This document shows, one piece after another, positions 27,560 through 30,457 of a stretch of DNA of 30,457 nt (position 1 is the stretch's first letter; each line of letters opens with the position of its first letter). The notes under the pieces are model-generated. The model was not told the origin of the DNA and ran no database searches. It saw nothing but the letters and a program-made list of their open reading frames with translations. The DNA lies in the IMG/VR virus record IMGVR_UViG_3300020043_004640, positions 1 through 30,457 of that record. One strand, written 5' to 3'. The stretch is from a virus (taxonomy: Duplodnaviria; Caudoviricetes). The translations under genes and the position numbers were made by a program.

Positions 27560-27811
27560 TCAATGAAGGATTGCGCAGGCAATGCCTACAACCAGGCGGT
27601 CTCGGTCAAGCCAGGCAACGTAGGGGCCATCAATCATCATTTGGCCGTAGATGCAATCGACTAGCTCAAAATCGTCTAAGACATGATGGTGGCCGCTTAA
27701 GTGATATAGCCGCATCTCGTTCAAGAATTCCTCGCGTCCTTCCTGGTCAAAGACATTGATCATGTCCTGCGAGTCTTGCGTGTCGAGCTCAATGATGTGT
27801 TCGTACCTCAT
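27560..27811 (-). CDS. Acidic hypothetical protein
   Basis: GGAGG RBS; 83 aa. Confidence 0.6.
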   Translation of the reverse strand: MRYEHIIELDTQDSQDMINVFDQEGREEFLNEMRLYHLSGHHHVLDDFELVDCIYGQMMIDGPYVAWLDRDRLVVGIACAILH

Positions 27812-27848
27812 AGAACCTCCAAAATATTTACAACAAATCTTCTGTGAT

Positions 27849-27883
27849 ATTTGCAGCTGAGGATGTTGGCCTCATCTGCAAAT
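27849..27883. promoter_or_regulatory. Long intergenic hairpin
   Basis: ATTTGCAGCTGAGG-N7-CCTCATCTGCAAAT, 13 of 14 positions paired. Confidence 0.6.
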
Positions 27884-27888
27884 TTGGT

Positions 27889-28236
27889 CTATTCAATCGA
27901 AACAGACAGATGGATCTGTTTGTATTGAACATCCACTAAGTGCGCAATTTGTTGCCAGAGCGCGGGCATCTCGGCTTTTATTTTTCCGATTCGCGTTTCG
28001 TCAATCCTGGGTGATAGGTAAGCTGGCTGCAACTCTGCTGGCCAACTCATGGTCGCCAGCATCAAAGTGGCCGGGTCGGCCTGGTAGGAGTACAAACTGT
28101 TGACTTGAAAATCGGGTCCATTGTCTGCCCCAAACAAATCAAAAATCATTTTTTCGATCTTAATTCGCTGGGCCTTTGCCTCTGCTTCTGACTTCTTGGC
28201 GGCAATTAGCTCATTTGATAATTCTTTCAATGTCAT
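27889..28236 (-). CDS. Paralogue 2 of 26973-27356
   Basis: Shares KEL..AAK..E, WP, DETR, PALW.QIA; GAGG RBS. Confidence 0.7.
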   Translation of the reverse strand: MTLKELSNELIAAKKSEAEAKAQRIKIEKMIFDLFGADNGPDFQVNSLYSYQADPATLMLATMSWPAELQPAYLSPRIDETRIGKIKAEMPALWQQIAHLVDVQYKQIHLSVSIE

Positions 28237-28377
28237 TTTTTGTTTCCTCGTTTATGTATCAAGATTTTTATAGCCAGCGCATCTGCAATGACAAAAGAGC
28301 GGGCCACTTCAAAGATAAAAAAACTAAATTCATTTGCAAAGATCAATAGTCGAGAAAAGCTCGCGGAATTTACATAT

Positions 28378-28584
28378 TTAGAAACCAGCATCATGTCCGA
28401 TTAATAACAACACTACGATCGAAAACAAAAAGCCAATCCCCCCAACATACGCACCAGGGGGGATTTTTTCTTCGTCTTGGAGGGAGTGGTAGCTGTCACG
28501 GCTGCGTGACTGTCTGACAAACTTGAGGGTGTGATGCTGGGAAGAGTAGTCCGGTAGGTAAGCCCAGTTTCCATTCTTCTGCAT
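28378..28584 (-). CDS. Small membrane protein, first gene of leftward operon
   Basis: AGGAG RBS; C-terminal TM segment. Confidence 0.6.
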   Translation of the reverse strand: MQKNGNWAYLPDYSSQHHTLKFVRQSRSRDSYHSLQDEEKIPPGAYVGGIGFLFSIVVLLLIGHDAGF

Positions 28585-28607
28585 AAATATCTCCTGTTTT
28601 TAATAAC

Positions 28608-28643
28608 GTGTTGAGATTATAGCAACACTAAAACGAAATGCAA
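28608..28643 (-). promoter_or_regulatory. pL-like promoter with overlapping operator
   Basis: TTGCAT-16 bp-TATAAT with TGn extension, inside inverted repeat GTGTTG-N9-CAACAC. Confidence 0.75.
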
Positions 28644-28660
28644 GTGAGGGGTAAAAACAA

Positions 28661-29290
28661 CTAAGCGGGACGGATCCACAGCACTGGGCTTGCCCAGGCG
28701 ATGGTTTGATTCTCGAGGGTATCGGCAGCGCCGTGCAGGGGGTAGATGTTTGCTGTGTTGGCTTTGTACCCACGGCGCAGCAAGCAAGTCATCTGTGTGC
28801 CGTCAGCAAGCTCGACCAGAGCTGGGCGGTCAACAAGGTTTTGGCTCGTTGTCTTTTCGCCAGATACAAAAATCAGCCAGCCATCGTTGGTCGATCCAGG
28901 CTGACGTACTTGCAAACAGAATGAGTCGTTGGGGACGTCGGCAGGCGCGATGGCCCAGTCAAATGAGCCGTCGTCAAAGAAGGTGACGCGCGACTTTTCT
29001 CCTATGAAACCTTTGATTTTTACCTTGCGCACATCATCAGTGACATCAATGCCTGCATGGCGCATTATTTCTGCGACAGAGACGTTTAAGATGTTCGCGA
29101 TTTTGTGGACCTCGCCGGTTGTAATCTTTCTGCGTCCGCTCAACATCAGAGTCACGGCCGAGGGGTCGAGATCAATCATCTTCGCCAGGCGTCGTTGCGA
29201 CAATTTGATCGCTTGGAGCCGGCTAACAAACCATTGTTTGTTGAATTCAGTATTAGGTTTCGTATTCATGATCTCGTTCGTGTTTAACAT
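28661..29290 (-). CDS. CI-like repressor (XRE HTH plus degenerate S24-like domain)
   Basis: LSQRRLAKMIDLDPSAVTLMLSGRR HTH; divergent from cro; start may be 29269. Confidence 0.8.
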   Translation of the reverse strand: MLNTNEIMNTKPNTEFNKQWFVSRLQAIKLSQRRLAKMIDLDPSAVTLMLSGRRKITTGEVHKIANILNVSVAEIMRHAGIDVTDDVRKVKIKGFIGEKSRVTFFDDGSFDWAIAPADVPNDSFCLQVRQPGSTNDGWLIFVSGEKTTSQNLVDRPALVELADGTQMTCLLRRGYKANTANIYPLHGAADTLENQTIAWASPVLWIRPA

Positions 29291-29329
29291 TCCCGCAGGT
29301 GGAAGTTCTAGGACAATTTTACTATCCTA

Positions 29330-29344
29330 TTGAGATATTAACAA
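29330..29344. promoter_or_regulatory. Putative operator between cI and cro
   Basis: TTGAGATATTAACAA matches the TTG-N9-CAA sites at 28610 and 29607. Confidence 0.6.
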
Positions 29345-29359
29345 CTGTTAGATAAAACC

Positions 29360-29593
29360 ATGTCAAAGAGAGAAGAAAAGTCTCCTGCCCAGGCCGTAAT
29401 TGACGCATTTGGGTCCAATGCAGAGGTCTCCCGCATCCTGGACGTATCCAAGTCAACGATCACTCGGTGGGGCTATGACAAAGCAAACAAAGGAACGAAC
29501 GGCCTGGTGCCCCAAAAGTACTGGCCGCTGCTTCTGGCAACAGCTAAGAAGCGGAAGATCAAGTTGAGCGTGCGTGATCTCGCAGGCATTTAA
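29360..29593 (+). CDS. Cro-like HTH protein
   Basis: VIDAFGSNAEVSRILDVSKSTITRW...GLVPQKYW. Confidence 0.8.
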   Translation: MSKREEKSPAQAVIDAFGSNAEVSRILDVSKSTITRWGYDKANKGTNGLVPQKYWPLLLATAKKRKIKLSVRDLAGI

Positions 29594-29606
29594 CTTTCCC
29601 GCACCG

Positions 29607-29640
29607 TTGTGAAAATATCAAGTTAATAAGAAAATTGCAA
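29607..29640 (-). promoter_or_regulatory. Leftward (anti-cro) promoter with overlapping operator
   Basis: TTGCAA-17 bp-TATTTT with TGn on the - strand; TTGTGAAAATATCAA at 29607-29621. Confidence 0.5.
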
Positions 29641-29641
29641 C

Positions 29642-29711
29642 GGCGGTCGGCACTCACGCACTGATCATGCACTGAGCTGGGTCTTCACTCTCCCTCCCCG
29701 AGCCGACCGCC
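29642..29711 (+). ncRNA. Candidate structured regulatory RNA before primase
   Basis: Perfect 10-bp closing stem GGCGGTCGGC/GCCGACCGCC; internal hairpins; loop TCACTCTCC is complementary to the primase RBS. Confidence 0.55.
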
Positions 29712-29760
29712 ACCTTAAGTAGATGGGAGAACAAGTGCAAAGAACAAAGGAGAGTGATCA

Positions 29761-30457
29761 ATGTCTGCGGTACTCCACGAGGAACCATCCCCAGTGATCA
29801 GATATTCGCTTGGCGTGAGCCGGTTCGATGCGACGCCTAAGCAGTGCCAGGCTGCAGACTTTCAAGCGTTTCAAACCGAGGTTTTGTCCAAGCGAGCGGC
29901 CGTCAAGGGCTACACCTATATCTCGGCACCATTCAGTAATGGCCAGCGCTCCAAAGAGAGCGTAGAGCTATCGCGATTCATCCCGATGGATTTCGATGGG
30001 ATGCCAGGTGAGGAAGCATTCATAGAACTGCGCACCTGGTTGATCCCGTATTCAGCATTTGCTTACACCACCTCTAGTCACACCCAAGAATCCCCCAGGG
30101 CGCGAGCCATCCTTGAGGCATCCAGAGAGATGACCAGGGAAGAGAGGATCCGTGTGTGCATGGCTGTTCAAGCCAGGATTGAGCGCGATATACAAGGCAT
30201 CAAGTTTGATGCGAGTGTGTATCGCGGCGAACAGCCTTTTTTTACACCGATGTTTACGTCGACCGATTACTTCTTCGAGGGTGAGCCGATCGACGTAGAC
30301 GCCATGCTGGCCGAGGCGCCTGAGCTCAAGCCTGAGGGCGCAAGCACGGCCAAGAACCTGGCGCAGATATCGAGCACCGACCCTGTCCTGCGCGAGCTGC
30401 TTGCACGCAGCATGGTTAAGCGTGACCTGGGCGGGGGGCGCTTTGCTGTGCATTGCC
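29761..30457 (+). CDS. AEP-type primase(-helicase), 3'-truncated (not in ORF track)
   Basis: Open from ATG 29761 to the window end; MDFDG, YTTSSH, PRAR, FDASV motifs; AAGGAG RBS. Confidence 0.8.
   Translation, partial: MSAVLHEEPSPVIRYSLGVSRFDATPKQCQAADFQAFQTEVLSKRAAVKGYTYISAPFSNGQRSKESVELSRFIPMDFDGMPGEEAFIELRTWLIPYSAFAYTTSSHTQESPRARAILEASREMTREERIRVCMAVQARIERDIQGIKFDASVYRGEQPFFTPMFTSTDYFFEGEPIDVDAMLAEAPELKPEGASTAKNLAQISSTDPVLRELLARSMVKRDLGGGRFAVHC

Larger units (their letters stand above)
1..30457. mobile_element. Temperate podovirus-like phage genome segment (free/excised form)
   Basis: Gene order portal-scaffold-capsid-adaptor-nozzle-ejection proteins-fibre-lysis-attP-int-recombination-cI/cro-primase; no tape measure or sheath gene; no host genes. 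Confidence 0.95.

Noticed and set aside
1-30457. Frequent CTCGAG/TCGA words
   Set aside because: Not counted rigorously; plausibly explained by codon pairs such as CTC-GAG, and would need a Markov-model test

Overview
About 30 kb of a temperate, podovirus-type tailed phage, probably of a betaproteobacterial host (inferred from the tRNA-Asn fragment). It is seen in its non-integrated form, because attP is intact and internal. The + strand 1-20952 holds the virion module (5'-truncated portal, head accessory genes, a 516-aa candidate packaged effector, scaffold, major capsid, adaptor, nozzle, GNAT, four ejection proteins including a lysozyme fusion, S74-chaperoned fibre, Gly-rich adhesin) and a lysis cassette (three membrane proteins plus a GH19 endolysin). 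attP, carrying the 3' half of tRNA-Asn, and a lipoprotein moron follow. The - strand 21558-28584 is the early operon (integrase, excisionase, RuvC-like, Cas4-like nuclease, DUF669 SSB, Sak4-like ATPase, small ORFs). The window ends with a cI/cro switch and a 3'-truncated AEP primase. The least explained elements are: the glycosylase-like 516-aa protein in the head operon; a T4-T-like holin with a periplasmic domain, plus a secreted 4-Cys peptide; an adaptor-only copy of the adhesin N-terminus; structured leaders before the capsid and primase genes; and a repressor that appears non-cleavable with no cII. All family calls are by-eye motif recognition, with no database search.
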